DNA of 60,544 bases, counting the filler. It is 4 parts of 4 records of this genome, joined end to end, with 100 filler letters (N's around TTAATTAATTAA, not from the genome) between each part and the next. Parts side by side here need not be neighbours in the genome. Positions count along the whole stretch, not along the records: positions 19,567 to 43,380 come from DRR723986_9122; positions 43,481 to 51,274 come from DRR723986_9132; 2 more parts are not named here. One strand, written 5' to 3'. Within the stretch, counting starts at the first letter, position 1. Every line of letters begins with the position of its first letter. The notes under the pieces are model-generated. The model was not told the origin of the DNA and did no database searches. It was given only the letters and a program-made list of their open reading frames with translations. Positions 40,004-50,327 of this stretch are shown piece after piece. Position numbers and translations under genes: made by a program.

Positions 40004-41626
40004 GTGATGAAAAGACACATTCCCCTTCTTGTGTTCGTGATAAGTGCCGCTATCGGCCTGTCGCTGACCTACGTCATTCTGGACAGGGAGCGAGCGGTTG
40101 AGCGGCGGGAATTCGAAATACTCGCAGAAGAGGCTGTCGACCGGATCCGCGGGCGCACCGAGCAGAACTTTTCTCTCATTGCTGCGACGCATTCGTTTTT
40201 CGAAGCGGATGGCGGAGCCATGTCGAGGGCCAAATTCCAGAGCTTTGCCCTTGGCCTGTTCCTGAAGGGGCATTTGTCCGGCATGCAGGGAATCGGCTTT
40301 GCCAAGCTGATGCAGACCGGCAGGGAAGATGAGGCAAGCCTGGCATTGCAGCAGAATTACGAACTGGAACGTCAGGTCTGGCCCGAGACGGACCAGGCGC
40401 ATCGGACCCCCATCATACTTCTTGAGCCGCTGGACCTGCGAAACAAGGCTGCACTCGGCTTCGACATGTTCAGTGACGAAACCCGCCGCAAGGCGATGCT
40501 GGCGTCCGCAGACACCTTCACTGTCAAGGCATCGGCCCCAGTCATGCTGGTTCAGGAAATCACGGAGGAGAAGCAGACGGGATTCCTGGCGTATCTCCCG
40601 CTGGCAAGTGAAGAGGAAGCTGCCGGAGAAAAACTGAACGGCGAAGAAAGCATCCAGGGCTTTGTCTATGCGCCTTTCCGTGCCGGAGACCTGCACAAGG
40701 CTGCCTTGACTTCTCCGACCCCGGTACCGGTTCTTGTCAACACGACCGACGTGACGGACGAGCAGCCGGAGCACCTGTACACCTCTGAAGACTATGAGGC
40801 GCGCGCCGAGGAAGCTGAAAATCTCGTGACACGGCAGATAGAAGTCGGTGGACGGATTTGGGAAATCTCCGTTATCGAAGCCGCTTCAAAGGACAACGCC
40901 TTTCTTTATTGGCGTACCTTCATGCTCGGGTCGATATCTCTGCTTTTCTCCGCTGCGCTCGCGGTCTCGATTCGCTCCCGCCTGCGGGCAAGGGAAGCAA
41001 ATCAGCGCCTGAAGGAAATGTCTGAAAAGACGATCCAGGAAAAGGATCTGATGCTTCAGGAAATGAAGCACCGGATCAAGAATTCAATTGCCCGCATTCT
41101 CGCGATTGCTCGCCAGACCGCCGGTGCCTCCGAAAGCCTGGAGGAATTCAATGATTCGTTCAGCTCTCGCCTGCAGGCCATGGCGAATGCGCAGGATCTG
41201 TTGACCCGGTCCAGGTGGTCGAAGGCGGACTTGAAAGCATTGCTTCTGCAGGAACTGGAGCAGGTGTTTGGTGAGGGGGCAAAGGGCATCAAGCTTGCAG
41301 GCCCGGCCGTTCAACTGAACGAGACCGGCACCCATGCGCTTGGTCTGGTGTTTCACGAGCTTGCGACAAACGCGATGAAATATTCCGATGTCTTTGCTGA
41401 TGACGGACGCTTCGAGGTTATCTGGAAGGTCTTGCCGGCCAAAAAAGGCAAGCAGCTTGAGCTCGACTGGCTTGAGGAGACCGGGAAAGTGATTGAAGCT
41501 CCGAAAAATTTTGGCTTCGGCAGCAGGCTCATGGAGGCGCTGGTGGCTGGTGAGATGAATGGCAAGATCGATCGGCAATTCACCGAGAAGGGTGTCGCCA
41601 TCCGGATTTCCGTGCCTTTGGTCTGA
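40004..41626 (+). CDS. CHASE-domain membrane sensor HWE-family histidine kinase
   Basis: Two TM segments around a CHASE domain (RNKAALGFDM); EMKHRIKN, HELATNAMKY, WLE, GFGSRL. Confidence 0.9.
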   Translation: MMKRHIPLLVFVISAAIGLSLTYVILDRERAVERREFEILAEEAVDRIRGRTEQNFSLIAATHSFFEADGGAMSRAKFQSFALGLFLKGHLSGMQGIGFAKLMQTGREDEASLALQQNYELERQVWPETDQAHRTPIILLEPLDLRNKAALGFDMFSDETRRKAMLASADTFTVKASAPVMLVQEITEEKQTGFLAYLPLASEEEAAGEKLNGEESIQGFVYAPFRAGDLHKAALTSPTPVPVLVNTTDVTDEQPEHLYTSEDYEARAEEAENLVTRQIEVGGRIWEISVIEAASKDNAFLYWRTFMLGSISLLFSAALAVSIRSRLRAREANQRLKEMSEKTIQEKDLMLQEMKHRIKNSIARILAIARQTAGASESLEEFNDSFSSRLQAMANAQDLLTRSRWSKADLKALLLQELEQVFGEGAKGIKLAGPAVQLNETGTHALGLVFHELATNAMKYSDVFADDGRFEVIWKVLPAKKGKQLELDWLEETGKVIEAPKNFGFGSRLMEALVAGEMNGKIDRQFTEKGVAIRISVPLV

Positions 41627-41701
41627 GAAACGGCTGCTGGGCCATGATTTGCCCGAGTGCATTCTCAATCGCCGTTTGAACATGAAAGGGACTGCCTAAA
41701 A

Positions 41702-43237
41702 ATGAGCCAGCATGGCACGGCCCTGGATTATGTGTTGCTGACCCCGCAGGAGATGGCGAAAGCTGATCGACTGACTATTGAGGGTGGTGTTCCAGGTATC
41801 GAACTCATGGAGCGTGCCGGCCAGGCTGTGGCACGTGCTGCAGCGCGGATGGTGCCGGCTTCAGGCCGGATAGTCATTCTATGCGGTCCCGGCAACAATG
41901 GCGGTGATGGTTTCATTGCGGCGCGTTGTCTGGCGGCAACCGGATACGGCGTTGAGGTCAGGTTGCTCAAAGCGCCCGATGCTCTGAAGGGGGATGCGCT
42001 TGAAGCCTTTCGGCGCATGGGGCTTTCTTATGCACTTTCTCTTGAAGGCGATCATATCGCGAGCGATCTAGGCGCTTTATTGGATGATGCCGATCTGATC
42101 GTGGATGCTCTCTTCGGGGCAGGGCTGGACCGCGCTTTAGGCGGAGCCGCCGGAGCTTTGGTGAAAGCTGTCAACAAGTGCGGCGCACCTGTTCTTGCTG
42201 TTGATCTTCCTTCCGGAGTTCAAGGCGCAGACGGTGTTGTCTGTGGCGAGGCTATCAGTGCGCAAGAGACGGTCACGTTCTTTCGGCAAAAGCCGGGGCA
42301 TTTGCTTTATCCCGGTCGTCAAGCCTGTGGCCGGGTTACTGTTGCGCAGATTGGCATCGATGTAACCGTACTCGATCAAATCGTGCCCGATACCTTCATA
42401 AATGGGCCGGACCTCTGGCTTGACCATTGGCCACAAGTCGCGCCGACCGGTCACAAGTATTCCAAGGGGCATGCGGTTGTCTTTGGCGGACCGGTCAAGG
42501 CAACCGGCGCCGCGCGGTTGTCGGCTGGCGCTGCGCTGCGGGCGGGGGCGGGGCTCGTAACATTGGCGTCACCGCCGGATGCGCTTCTGGTCAACGCAAG
42601 CCATCTGACGGCGGTAATGCTGAAGAAGGTTGCCTCTGAAAACGGTATTCGCGATCTCTTGTCGGACAAGCGCCTCAATGCGGTACTGATCGGTCCGGGC
42701 TATGGTGTTGGTGAAATGACCCGATCGGCGGTAGCGGAGATCCTGGAATGTAACCGGGCAAGCGTATTCGATGCCGATGGTCTGACGAGTTGTGCCGTTG
42801 ATCGCGCTCCGTTTTTCGAAAGCATCAGGTCGCATAAGGAACCGGTCGTTCTGACGCCGCATGAGGGAGAGTTTGCTCGCCTTTTCCCGGAACTTGCCGG
42901 CGACAAGCTGACCCGTGCCAGGGAGGCAGCGCGAATGTCCGGCGCAGTCGTGATTCTGAAAGGGCCGGACAGCGTTGTCGCTGCGCCGGATGGGCGTGCG
43001 GCAATCAATTGCAACGCACCTCCATGGCTTGCAACGGCCGGGTCTGGTGATGTGCTTGCCGGAATTGTAGTCGGTCTGCTTGCGCAGGGTGTTTCCGGCT
43101 TCGAGGCGGCCGCAATGGCCGTCTGGCTACATGGCGAAGCAGGCTGCGAGGCCGGGCCGGGGCTGATCGCAGAAGATCTTGAGAGTGCCCTGAAACCCGC
43201 GCTTCGCGCACTTGTGGAGAAATCCGATTTACGGTGA
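41702..43237 (+). CDS. nnr: Bifunctional NAD(P)H-hydrate epimerase/dehydratase
   Basis: GPGNNGGDG, DALFGAG, LTPHEGEF, ATAGSGDVLAG. Confidence 0.95.
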   Translation: MSQHGTALDYVLLTPQEMAKADRLTIEGGVPGIELMERAGQAVARAAARMVPASGRIVILCGPGNNGGDGFIAARCLAATGYGVEVRLLKAPDALKGDALEAFRRMGLSYALSLEGDHIASDLGALLDDADLIVDALFGAGLDRALGGAAGALVKAVNKCGAPVLAVDLPSGVQGADGVVCGEAISAQETVTFFRQKPGHLLYPGRQACGRVTVAQIGIDVTVLDQIVPDTFINGPDLWLDHWPQVAPTGHKYSKGHAVVFGGPVKATGAARLSAGAALRAGAGLVTLASPPDALLVNASHLTAVMLKKVASENGIRDLLSDKRLNAVLIGPGYGVGEMTRSAVAEILECNRASVFDADGLTSCAVDRAPFFESIRSHKEPVVLTPHEGEFARLFPELAGDKLTRAREAARMSGAVVILKGPDSVVAAPDGRAAINCNAPPWLATAGSGDVLAGIVVGLLAQGVSGFEAAAMAVWLHGEAGCEAGPGLIAEDLESALKPALRALVEKSDLR

Positions 43238-43258
43238 GGCAAGGCACTGCTTTTTCCT

Positions 43259-43286
43259 TTGACGGGAAAATCAGCGATGCTATAGA
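43259..43286 (+). promoter_or_regulatory. Candidate sigma70 promoter of tRNA-Leu
   Basis: TTGACG-N16-TATAGA about 40 nt upstream of the tRNA. Confidence 0.5.
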
Positions 43287-43328
43287 GGCCCCGCTTCAAT
43301 CGCAGGGTGGTTTGCCACTTGTTGCGAC

Positions 43329-43380
<52 letters not shown>

Positions 43381-43480
43381 NNNNNNNNNNNNNNNNNNNN
43401 NNNNNNNNNNNNNNNNNNNNNNNNTTAATTAATTAANNNNNNNNNNNNNNNNNNNNNNNNNNNNNNNNNNNNNNNNNNNN
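43381..43480. other. Artificial contig spacer
   Basis: 44 N + TTAATTAATTAA + 44 N. Confidence 0.99.
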
Positions 43481-43512
43481 GACAGGCCTTCGGCCTTCCT
43501 CAGGATGAGGCG
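43481..43512. repeat. End of an alphaproteobacterial intergenic palindromic repeat (CCTCAGGATGAGG type)
   Basis: AGGCCTTCGGCCT hairpin followed by CCTCAGGATGAGG at the contig start. Confidence 0.55.
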
Positions 43513-43586
43513 AGTTGCTGCAGCACGCCTGTATCAAAGAAATTGGCAGAGTGCAGACGTTGTGCACCACACGGGGGCACGCCCCG

Positions 43587-43928
43587 TCAGTGCCTGACGG
43601 GTCCGTGCCGGTTGAGAATATCGGCAAAGAGGTCTTCATCGACAGCGCAGGTGCAGCCGTTCGCCCACAGTTGAAGCAGTGTTTTCAAACGCTCGGTGCG
43701 GGCGGTCTGGCTGAGCGGCGCCTTGTGCCGTGGTAGGCCACCCAGGATGCGCAGGGATTTGATCCGCGCCAGAACGCAGTCTTCAGCGGCCTGGCACCAG
43801 ATATCCGTTCCGGCAAGCTTGGAGCTCGCCGCCACATGGTTCTCGATCAGATCTGCCGCACGTCCGGCAAAAGGGTCCTGAGACAAAAAATCCTCCATCG
43901 GTTGCCCGAGGAGGACTGGCGCATGCAA
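43587..43928 (-). CDS. Hypothetical protein
   Basis: 113-aa ORF filling the gap; start may be ATG 43898; no recognised motif. Confidence 0.5.
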   Translation of the reverse strand: MHAPVLLGQPMEDFLSQDPFAGRAADLIENHVAASSKLAGTDIWCQAAEDCVLARIKSLRILGGLPRHKAPLSQTARTERLKTLLQLWANGCTCAVDEDLFADILNRHGPVRH

Positions 43929-44149
43929 ATTAACCGCTTAGTTGCCGGAAAGCCTCGGTTGAGGGTCTGACCAGCCGCATCCCTGTTGCGGAAACCACCT
44001 TGCCCGGAATGGCAGGTTGGCGAGGGCGCCAGCCCTTCTCTTGATGATGGCGCGCTTATGCCATGTCCGTTCCGGCTTGGCAAGTCCACCAGTGCATGGC
44101 ACATCTTCCTGAAAGGACTAGCTCGGGAGCACCACAATTGGACCGATCC

Positions 44150-44839
44150 ATGTTGCATCACAGTCGGCCGTTGGTGCCGATCCTGCTCGCCTTTTGTGCC
44201 TGCTTCATCGATGTGGTCTGCATTCTCGGCCTGTTTCACACCTTCACGGCCTTCATTACCGGAACGCTTGTCGTCTTGTGCACGGAGGTATTCCACCAGG
44301 GGCAAAACGCGGCCCTGAAGGTTTTCGTGCTCGCGGTTTTCTTCGGTTCGACTCTCTTCTGGTTCGTTTCGGTCACTGCGCTGGTGCGCAAAAACAGGAT
44401 TGCCGTCCGGCATCTGTTCGCGCTCGAAGCTTTGCTGGTGGCGGGCTTCATGTTTGTCGCCGGTCTTGGAGATCCTTCCGCCGGAGGGCCGTTGTCCGCC
44501 GTCACTCTGACGGCTGTCGGGTTTTCGACCGTTGCCATGTCGTTGCAGAACGTCATCATGCTGACCCTGCTCAACAGGCATGTTCCCACGACCATCATGA
44601 CCGGCAATACGCTGAAGCTTGTGCTCGGCATCGCCGACTATTTCACGCATCCTGAAACGCGGCCCGACAGCCGCTCCCGGATCCGTCACCAGGCCTTCGT
44701 CCTGATGGCCTTCGCGGCCGGAGGCCTCCTGGCGAGTTTCCTGATGACCGTCATGGGGTTCTGGGCGCTTGCGATACCTGTTGCGCTTTTGATGCTGCTG
44801 GCGATAGTCCAGCCGGTGCATGAGCCTCAAGTCGCCTGA
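44150..44839 (+). CDS. YoaK/DUF1275 family membrane protein
   Basis: FTAFITGT, AMSLQN, PTTIMTGN motifs; multiple TM helices. Confidence 0.88.
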   Translation: MLHHSRPLVPILLAFCACFIDVVCILGLFHTFTAFITGTLVVLCTEVFHQGQNAALKVFVLAVFFGSTLFWFVSVTALVRKNRIAVRHLFALEALLVAGFMFVAGLGDPSAGGPLSAVTLTAVGFSTVAMSLQNVIMLTLLNRHVPTTIMTGNTLKLVLGIADYFTHPETRPDSRSRIRHQAFVLMAFAAGGLLASFLMTVMGFWALAIPVALLMLLAIVQPVHEPQVA

Positions 44840-44867
44840 AACCGGTGCCAGCTACTCAGGCCGAAAA

Positions 44868-45617
44868 TTATGCGCCCAAGCCGGGTGCTTCTTCCCTTTG
44901 GTGGTGCCGGTCGTAATCGATGCGGCCGTCGACCAGATGAATACGCCGGTCCATCCTGTCGGCGAGATCGATATCATGGGTAACGGCGACGACGGTGGTC
45001 CTTTCGGTCTTCACAATGGCCTGAAGACTTTCAAACACCTGTTCCGTCGATACACTGTCGAGACTGCCGGTCGGTTCATCAGCAAGGATCAACTGCGGTG
45101 AATTTGCAAGTGCCCGGGCGACAGCGACGCGCTGTCGCTGCCCGCCGGACAATTGCTCCGGGCGGCGGTGAAGAAACTCTTCCAGACCCAGCGCCGCCAG
45201 AAGCTCCGTCGCATGGTCGAGTTGGGCCTTGGGGCTGCGTTTGCCGAGCCGCTGCATCGGTATCATCACGTTTTCCAGTGCGGTAAATTCCGGCAGCAGG
45301 AAGTGAAACTGAAAGACGAAGCCGAGTTTTTCCAGGCGAAGATGCGCCATTTCGGCAGATGTCAGCGCATGGGTGGGAAGGCCGTCTATCCGGACCTCGC
45401 CGGAGGTCGGCCTGTCCAGAAGGCCAAGCAGATATAGAAGCGACGATTTCCCGGAACCGGACGGACCGGTAATGGCAACGAACTCCGCCTCGCCAACCTG
45501 AAAGCTGACATCCTGTACCAGTGTCACCGGCACGATGGCCGGCAATATGCGGGTGAGATTGCTCGCTTCCAGCAGAATGTGGCCGGGAGCAGTCTGTTTT
45601 TCCGGGGAAGGGGTCAT
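44868..45617 (-). CDS. ABC transporter ATP-binding protein (LolD/MacB-like)
   Basis: [30 protein letters not shown]. Confidence 0.95.
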   Translation of the reverse strand: MTPSPEKQTAPGHILLEASNLTRILPAIVPVTLVQDVSFQVGEAEFVAITGPSGSGKSSLLYLLGLLDRPTSGEVRIDGLPTHALTSAEMAHLRLEKLGFVFQFHFLLPEFTALENVMIPMQRLGKRSPKAQLDHATELLAALGLEEFLHRRPEQLSGGQRQRVAVARALANSPQLILADEPTGSLDSVSTEQVFESLQAIVKTERTTVVAVTHDIDLADRMDRRIHLVDGRIDYDRHHQREEAPGLGA

Positions 45618-46849
45618 GTCGCCCCTCGGATTATGTCGACAGGATTGAGCCGGGCGGCTTTTCTGGCGGGAATGTAGCCGGCGATCCCGGATGAAAACAG
45701 CGCCAACAGGCAGGCAATGATGTAGTGCAGGGCGGAAAAATAGATCGGCAGGTGGGTCATCTCCACGTCCTGGGTAAATTCGAATTTGACAGACGCGAGA
45801 TAGCTCGACAGTCCGAAGCCGAGCGCCGAACCTGCAAGAGCGCCAAGGATACCGATCACCAGCCCTTCAAGCACGAAGATCTGCTGAATATCGACTTCCG
45901 GAAATCCGAGCGACTTCAGGATCGCGATATCACGCGCCTTTTCGTGCACGATCGTCGAGACGATGTTGAAGATGCCGAAGCCGGCTACCACCAGAATGGC
46001 CCCGACAACCGTGTACATGATCACGTTGCGCACGAAGAAGGCTTCCATCAGCCCCTCGTTGGCCTCTTCCCAGGAAACCGCCTTGTAGCCGAGCTGCCGC
46101 TCGGCCCGTGCGGCAACCGCGTTGGCTTCGGCGATGGAATTGAGGTGGATTGCGATCGAATTGATGACGTCCGGTTTTTCCAGGAGGATCTGCACGGCCT
46201 TCAGCGGCGCATAGGCAAGCCCTTCGTCGCTGGTGGTGATGCCGCTGTGGAACAGACCGACGATCTTGAAGCGCTTGGCGACACCGTTTGCGGATGTCAG
46301 GGTCACGGTATCGCCAAGGTCCGCCCCCAGCCGTTCCGCGGCCTTGTCGCCGATAACGAGGCCATTTGACGTCGTGTCCAGGTCCTCGAAGGAGCCCTGG
46401 CGCATATCCTCGCCGATCATGGAGACGGTCAGTTCGCGCTTGGGTTCCACACCGACCAGGGTCATGCCGATGTCCTGTCCGGCATAGCGCAGCACCGCCT
46501 GGCCGCTCAGGCGCTGCGCCATCGATCCGTTCACCCAGTCGCGCAGCGAGGCAAGCGCTTCGGTCGGGTTGCGGATGCCGCGAAGGTCTTCCTTTGGTCT
46601 GAGACCATGATAGGTGACAGCGTCATAGACTGCACTGGCTGGTTGTTCCGCCGGTGCGCGTTGCTCGTCCAGGATCTCCACATGGGGAATGGCGTCGATC
46701 AGTGTTGCGGTAAAATCCCGCTGAGACCCTTCCATGAGGCTTGCCATCGCCACCGAAAATCCGACACCAAGTGCGACGCCAAGCGTTGAGACGATGGTCT
46801 GGCGCAAGCGGTTGCGAATGTGGGTGGATGCGATGCGCAGGAGAAGCAT
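45614..46849 (-). CDS. ABC transporter permease (FtsX/MacB/LolC-E type)
   Basis: One TM, large periplasmic domain, three TM; DIAILKSLG; PARKAARLNPV. Confidence 0.92.
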   Translation of the reverse strand: MLLLRIASTHIRNRLRQTIVSTLGVALGVGFSVAMASLMEGSQRDFTATLIDAIPHVEILDEQRAPAEQPASAVYDAVTYHGLRPKEDLRGIRNPTEALASLRDWVNGSMAQRLSGQAVLRYAGQDIGMTLVGVEPKRELTVSMIGEDMRQGSFEDLDTTSNGLVIGDKAAERLGADLGDTVTLTSANGVAKRFKIVGLFHSGITTSDEGLAYAPLKAVQILLEKPDVINSIAIHLNSIAEANAVAARAERQLGYKAVSWEEANEGLMEAFFVRNVIMYTVVGAILVVAGFGIFNIVSTIVHEKARDIAILKSLGFPEVDIQQIFVLEGLVIGILGALAGSALGFGLSSYLASVKFEFTQDVEMTHLPIYFSALHYIIACLLALFSSGIAGYIPARKAARLNPVDIIRGAT

Positions 46850-47862
46850 TATTTGCCGTCTCCGGGAACCGGCCTGACCTTCTGTCCTTCTGCCAGATCC
46901 GGGTTATAGGGAAAGACGATCCGGTTATCTCCGGTGATTCCCTTCAGCACTTCCGTGGCGCGGGTGCCCTTGATCCCGGTTTCGACCTCCAGCGGAACGA
47001 TTTTGTTATCCCCATCCAGCGTCAGCAGTTTCGAGCCGTCGAAGGCCGCGGTCGGCAGCAGCAGCGCGTCGTCCTTCTCAGAGGTGACGATATTGATCTC
47101 GGCAGTCATGCCGATGCGCAGCGGGGTGTCTTCCGGGAGATCGAGATAGACCCGGTAGTTCTTCAGCACCGGATCGCCTTTCGGAGTGATGCTGGCAACT
47201 TCCGCTGTCAGTTCCTTGCCTGGAAAGGCATCTGCACGGATCAGGGCCTTGTGACCCTTGGCGACCTTGGGAATATCCTCCTCGTTGACTTCCGCCACCA
47301 GTTGAAGGGGAGAAGGCTGACCGATCCAGAAGAGAATTTCACCGGGTTCGGCAACTTCCCCCACCGACCCGTCCGCCCTCAGAACCATGCCGTCCATGGG
47401 GGCCACGATGACATAGTCGCGCAGCCGTTCCTTCTGGGCCGCGGTGATGGCGTTGATGCGGATCAGTTCGTTCTGGGCCTTGTCGTAAACCTGCTGGCTG
47501 ACGACGCGGCGTTCCAGCAGTTGCAGCGCACGTTCCTTGTCGGATTGCGCCAGCTCCTGGCGGGCTTCCAGTTCGGCAAGCGTCGCACGGGCATCGCCGC
47601 TGTCCAGTTCCGCCAGCTGGTCGCCTTTCTGGACCTGGTCACCCTCGCAGCCGCACAGCGAGACGATCCGCTCGCGGATGATGCTGGTAACCTTCGCCCA
47701 TCGGACGGGTTCAACGACTGCGGTGGCATAGACCACTTCGGCCGCCCGCCCGGTCGTCGGCATCACGGTCTGCACTTCCGGCGGTTTCTTGAACCACCAA
47801 AGTGAGCCCGCGATGGCTCCCGCGATCAGCAGAACAAATATCAAAAGTTTTAAAAAGCGCAT
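46849..47862 (-). CDS. Periplasmic adaptor (membrane fusion) protein
   Basis: EGDQVQKGDQLAELD, IVAPMDGMV, LRIGMTA. Confidence 0.92.
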   Translation of the reverse strand: MRFLKLLIFVLLIAGAIAGSLWWFKKPPEVQTVMPTTGRAAEVVYATAVVEPVRWAKVTSIIRERIVSLCGCEGDQVQKGDQLAELDSGDARATLAELEARQELAQSDKERALQLLERRVVSQQVYDKAQNELIRINAITAAQKERLRDYVIVAPMDGMVLRADGSVGEVAEPGEILFWIGQPSPLQLVAEVNEEDIPKVAKGHKALIRADAFPGKELTAEVASITPKGDPVLKNYRVYLDLPEDTPLRIGMTAEINIVTSEKDDALLLPTAAFDGSKLLTLDGDNKIVPLEVETGIKGTRATEVLKGITGDNRIVFPYNPDLAEGQKVRPVPGDGK

Positions 47863-48005
47863 GGCACACCCTTGCCGGATCTGCCGCCACAATAACGTTT
47901 CGAGCGAGGAACGCCATGGCCTGGATCAAATGAAGATGCCTGCGCGCAAAGGCTGTCCGGACGTTTGCCTCAAGAGCGCGATCAGGTAGCGCCCTTCGTC
48001 GAAGA

Positions 48006-48218
48006 TCAGTAATGGGGCGGCTTTTCGATCTGGTGGCCGGGCAGAACGTTCTCCATCAGTTCGGTGACCTGGTCCGTCATGTTGGTGACGAGCAGATTGA
48101 GCCTGTCCAGCTGGCGTCCCTGATCGAAGACCACCGTATTCAGTTCATCAATGGTGTTGAGCGCATGAGCGAGATCGATCTCGAGCTTCTCGATTCGGGC
48201 TTCTTTGTCGTCCGCCAT
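48006..48218 (-). CDS. slyX: SlyX family protein
   Basis: RIEKLEIDLAH coiled coil and terminal EKPPHY; AGGAG RBS. Confidence 0.9.
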   Translation of the reverse strand: MADDKEARIEKLEIDLAHALNTIDELNTVVFDQGRQLDRLNLLVTNMTDQVTELMENVLPGHQIEKPPHY

Positions 48219-48419
48219 GGGTGTCTCCTGCGTCGTCCTGGGGCAATGTGGCTTCTTTCGGCACCCGCCCGATGGTCTGTCGAGGCAGGTATATTGCGGC
48301 GGCGGCGAAACACCAACTCTCATTGTCGGCGGACTGTGAGTTTGCGCCGGGCGATGCTGCGCTATATCTATGCGTAATCCTGACAGGGGTCGGGACCTGC
48401 AATCCCTAATGAGGGCTCC

Positions 48420-49124
48420 ATGACCGATCTGTCTGACTTCGAGATCTCCCGCAAATGGCCTGCCAAACACGCTGACCGTATTCAGCTCTATTCGCTGCCG
48501 ACGCCCAACGGCATCAAGGTTTCGGCGATGCTGGAAGAAACGGGCCTGCCATATGAGCCGCATGTGGTCGATTTCGGCAGCAATGACCAGTTAAGCCCGG
48601 AATTCCTGTCGCTCAATCCCAACAACAAGATCCCGGCAATCATCGATCCGCACGGCCCAGGCAGCGAGCCGCTGCCCTTGTGGGAATCCGGCGCGATCCT
48701 GATTTATCTGGCGGAAAAGTCAGGCAAGTTCCTGCCGCAGGAGCCGGCAAGGCGCGCCGAAACGCTGCAGTGGCTGATGTGGCAGATGGGTGGCTTTGGC
48801 CCGATGGCGGGTCAGTTGGGCTTCTTCCACAAGTTCGCGGGCCGGGACTATGAAGACCGTCGGCCTTTCGAGCGATACCGGGACGAGACGAAACGCCTTC
48901 TTGGCGTTCTGGACCGGCAGCTGGATGGGCGCGATTTCATCATGGGGAGCGACTATACCATCGCAGACATGGCCTGCTGGCCCTGGGCGCGAAATCTCAA
49001 CGGCTTCTACGAGGCTGGCGAGGTGACCGACTTCGCGTCCCACACCAATGTGGTTCGCTGGGTCGACAGCTGCATGAGCCGTCCGGCAAGCCAGAAGGCG
49101 GTCAACATTCCCTCGCGCGACTAA
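48420..49124 (+). CDS. Glutathione S-transferase (YfcG/YghU-like)
   Basis: LYSLPTPNG, NPNNKIPAI, WESGAIL. Confidence 0.93.
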   Translation: MTDLSDFEISRKWPAKHADRIQLYSLPTPNGIKVSAMLEETGLPYEPHVVDFGSNDQLSPEFLSLNPNNKIPAIIDPHGPGSEPLPLWESGAILIYLAEKSGKFLPQEPARRAETLQWLMWQMGGFGPMAGQLGFFHKFAGRDYEDRRPFERYRDETKRLLGVLDRQLDGRDFIMGSDYTIADMACWPWARNLNGFYEAGEVTDFASHTNVVRWVDSCMSRPASQKAVNIPSRD

Positions 49125-49140
49125 CGTGAAACGGTGTCGA

Positions 49141-49356
49141 TCAGGCCAGGAAGACGACCGAAGTCAGCAATGCCAGTAGCAGGATGATCACCGCTGCGAC
49201 CCGCCAGATGGTGCCATATCTGGAAACCGGGGGAACCTGGGATTCCAGTTCCTGATCGGTCTGGGCATCCTGAGCGATCGTCCTGTTGAGTTGATCGGCA
49301 TTCTCATACTGGTCTGACGCAGTCTGTCGCATACTCTGTGCCATCGGTCTCTCCAT
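49141..49356 (-). CDS. Small hypothetical protein with C-terminal TM anchor
   Basis: 71-aa ORF ending in hydrophobic VAAVIILLLALLTSVVFLA; EcfG-type promoter upstream. Confidence 0.6.
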   Translation of the reverse strand: MERPMAQSMRQTASDQYENADQLNRTIAQDAQTDQELESQVPPVSRYGTIWRVAAVIILLLALLTSVVFLA

Positions 49357-49375
49357 GGTTCAATTCTAGGAAGAA

Positions 49376-49400
49376 AACCGTCAGAGGCGGCTAAGGTTCC
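49376..49400 (-). promoter_or_regulatory. Candidate sigmaEcfG promoter
   Basis: Minus-strand GGAAC-N16-GGTT, 20 nt upstream of the ORF at 49356. Confidence 0.6.
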
Positions 49401-49447
49401 GAAAACCGTGTAAGACGGTCACGCATGAGGAACGGATGCTGACCGGA

Positions 49448-50122
49448 TTATTGCGCTTCAGCCTCTTTCAGTGGTGGGCCGCTGAACTCCGTTTCGATCA
49501 CGAACTCAACATCATCCCCCACCCCGAGGTTGGAGCCTTCTGGCGGAAGTCCGTAGGACATGCCGAAATCGGACCTTCTCAGCGTACCTGTTGCGGAAAA
49601 TCCGATCCGAGCCTGTGGGTCGTAAACCGCCAGGCCCGGATAACCGCCGTTGAAACGCACGTCGAGCTCAACTGGCCGCGTTTCTCCCCTGAATGACAGG
49701 TCGCCTGTCACGACGGCAGTTTCAGCGCCGGTCAGTTCAATGCTGGTCGAGCGATAGGTGATCTTCGGGTGATCTCCTGCATTCAGCCAGTCCGGGCCAA
49801 GCAGCATGTCGCGAAAGCCATCGGGTGGCGTTGCGGTCAGATGCAGGGATGCGACGTTTATGTCGACGCTCAGGCTGGCGTTAGCCGGATCAGCGGGATC
49901 GAGTTCCAGCGCGGCGTCAAAGTCAGCAAAGGACGCGCTGTAGTACGAAAAGCCGAGGTGATTTGCCCGGAATATGAGCGTCGAATGGAATTTGTCGATC
50001 TTGTAACTGCCTGCCGGTAGAGCCGTCGCGGCGTCACCTGCATTTGCAGCAAGTGATGGCAACAGCACCGCTGCGACACCGCAAAGTACAGACAGAAAAC
50101 GAAGTCCCGGGGACAGTGGCAT
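49448..50122 (-). CDS. YceI family polyisoprenoid-binding protein
   Basis: Signal peptide; YKIDKFHS, HLGFS, TGDLSFRG, RSDFGM. Confidence 0.92.
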   Translation of the reverse strand: MPLSPGLRFLSVLCGVAAVLLPSLAANAGDAATALPAGSYKIDKFHSTLIFRANHLGFSYYSASFADFDAALELDPADPANASLSVDINVASLHLTATPPDGFRDMLLGPDWLNAGDHPKITYRSTSIELTGAETAVVTGDLSFRGETRPVELDVRFNGGYPGLAVYDPQARIGFSATGTLRRSDFGMSYGLPPEGSNLGVGDDVEFVIETEFSGPPLKEAEAQ

Positions 50123-50327
50123 AGTGGTTCCTCTATTGACCGGTAGTTGGAAACAGCGGTGTGTTCAGGCCGATTTCAGGTGCAGCCGTGGCTGATTTTC
50201 CTGTGGCCATAGCCAGTGGTCTTGCCGATCGGCCACCAGGCAATCAAAAGATACCGACCAGTTGGTATGTTGTCAATCTCGCGGCCCTGATCTGTCGCCG
50301 GACGAGGCGGGTGTTGGACTTTGGCAT

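Noticed and set aside
44868..47862. Adaptor-permease-ATPase operon without an outer-membrane factor
   Set aside because: Common MacAB-like arrangement that can use a TolC encoded elsewhere; not unusual.
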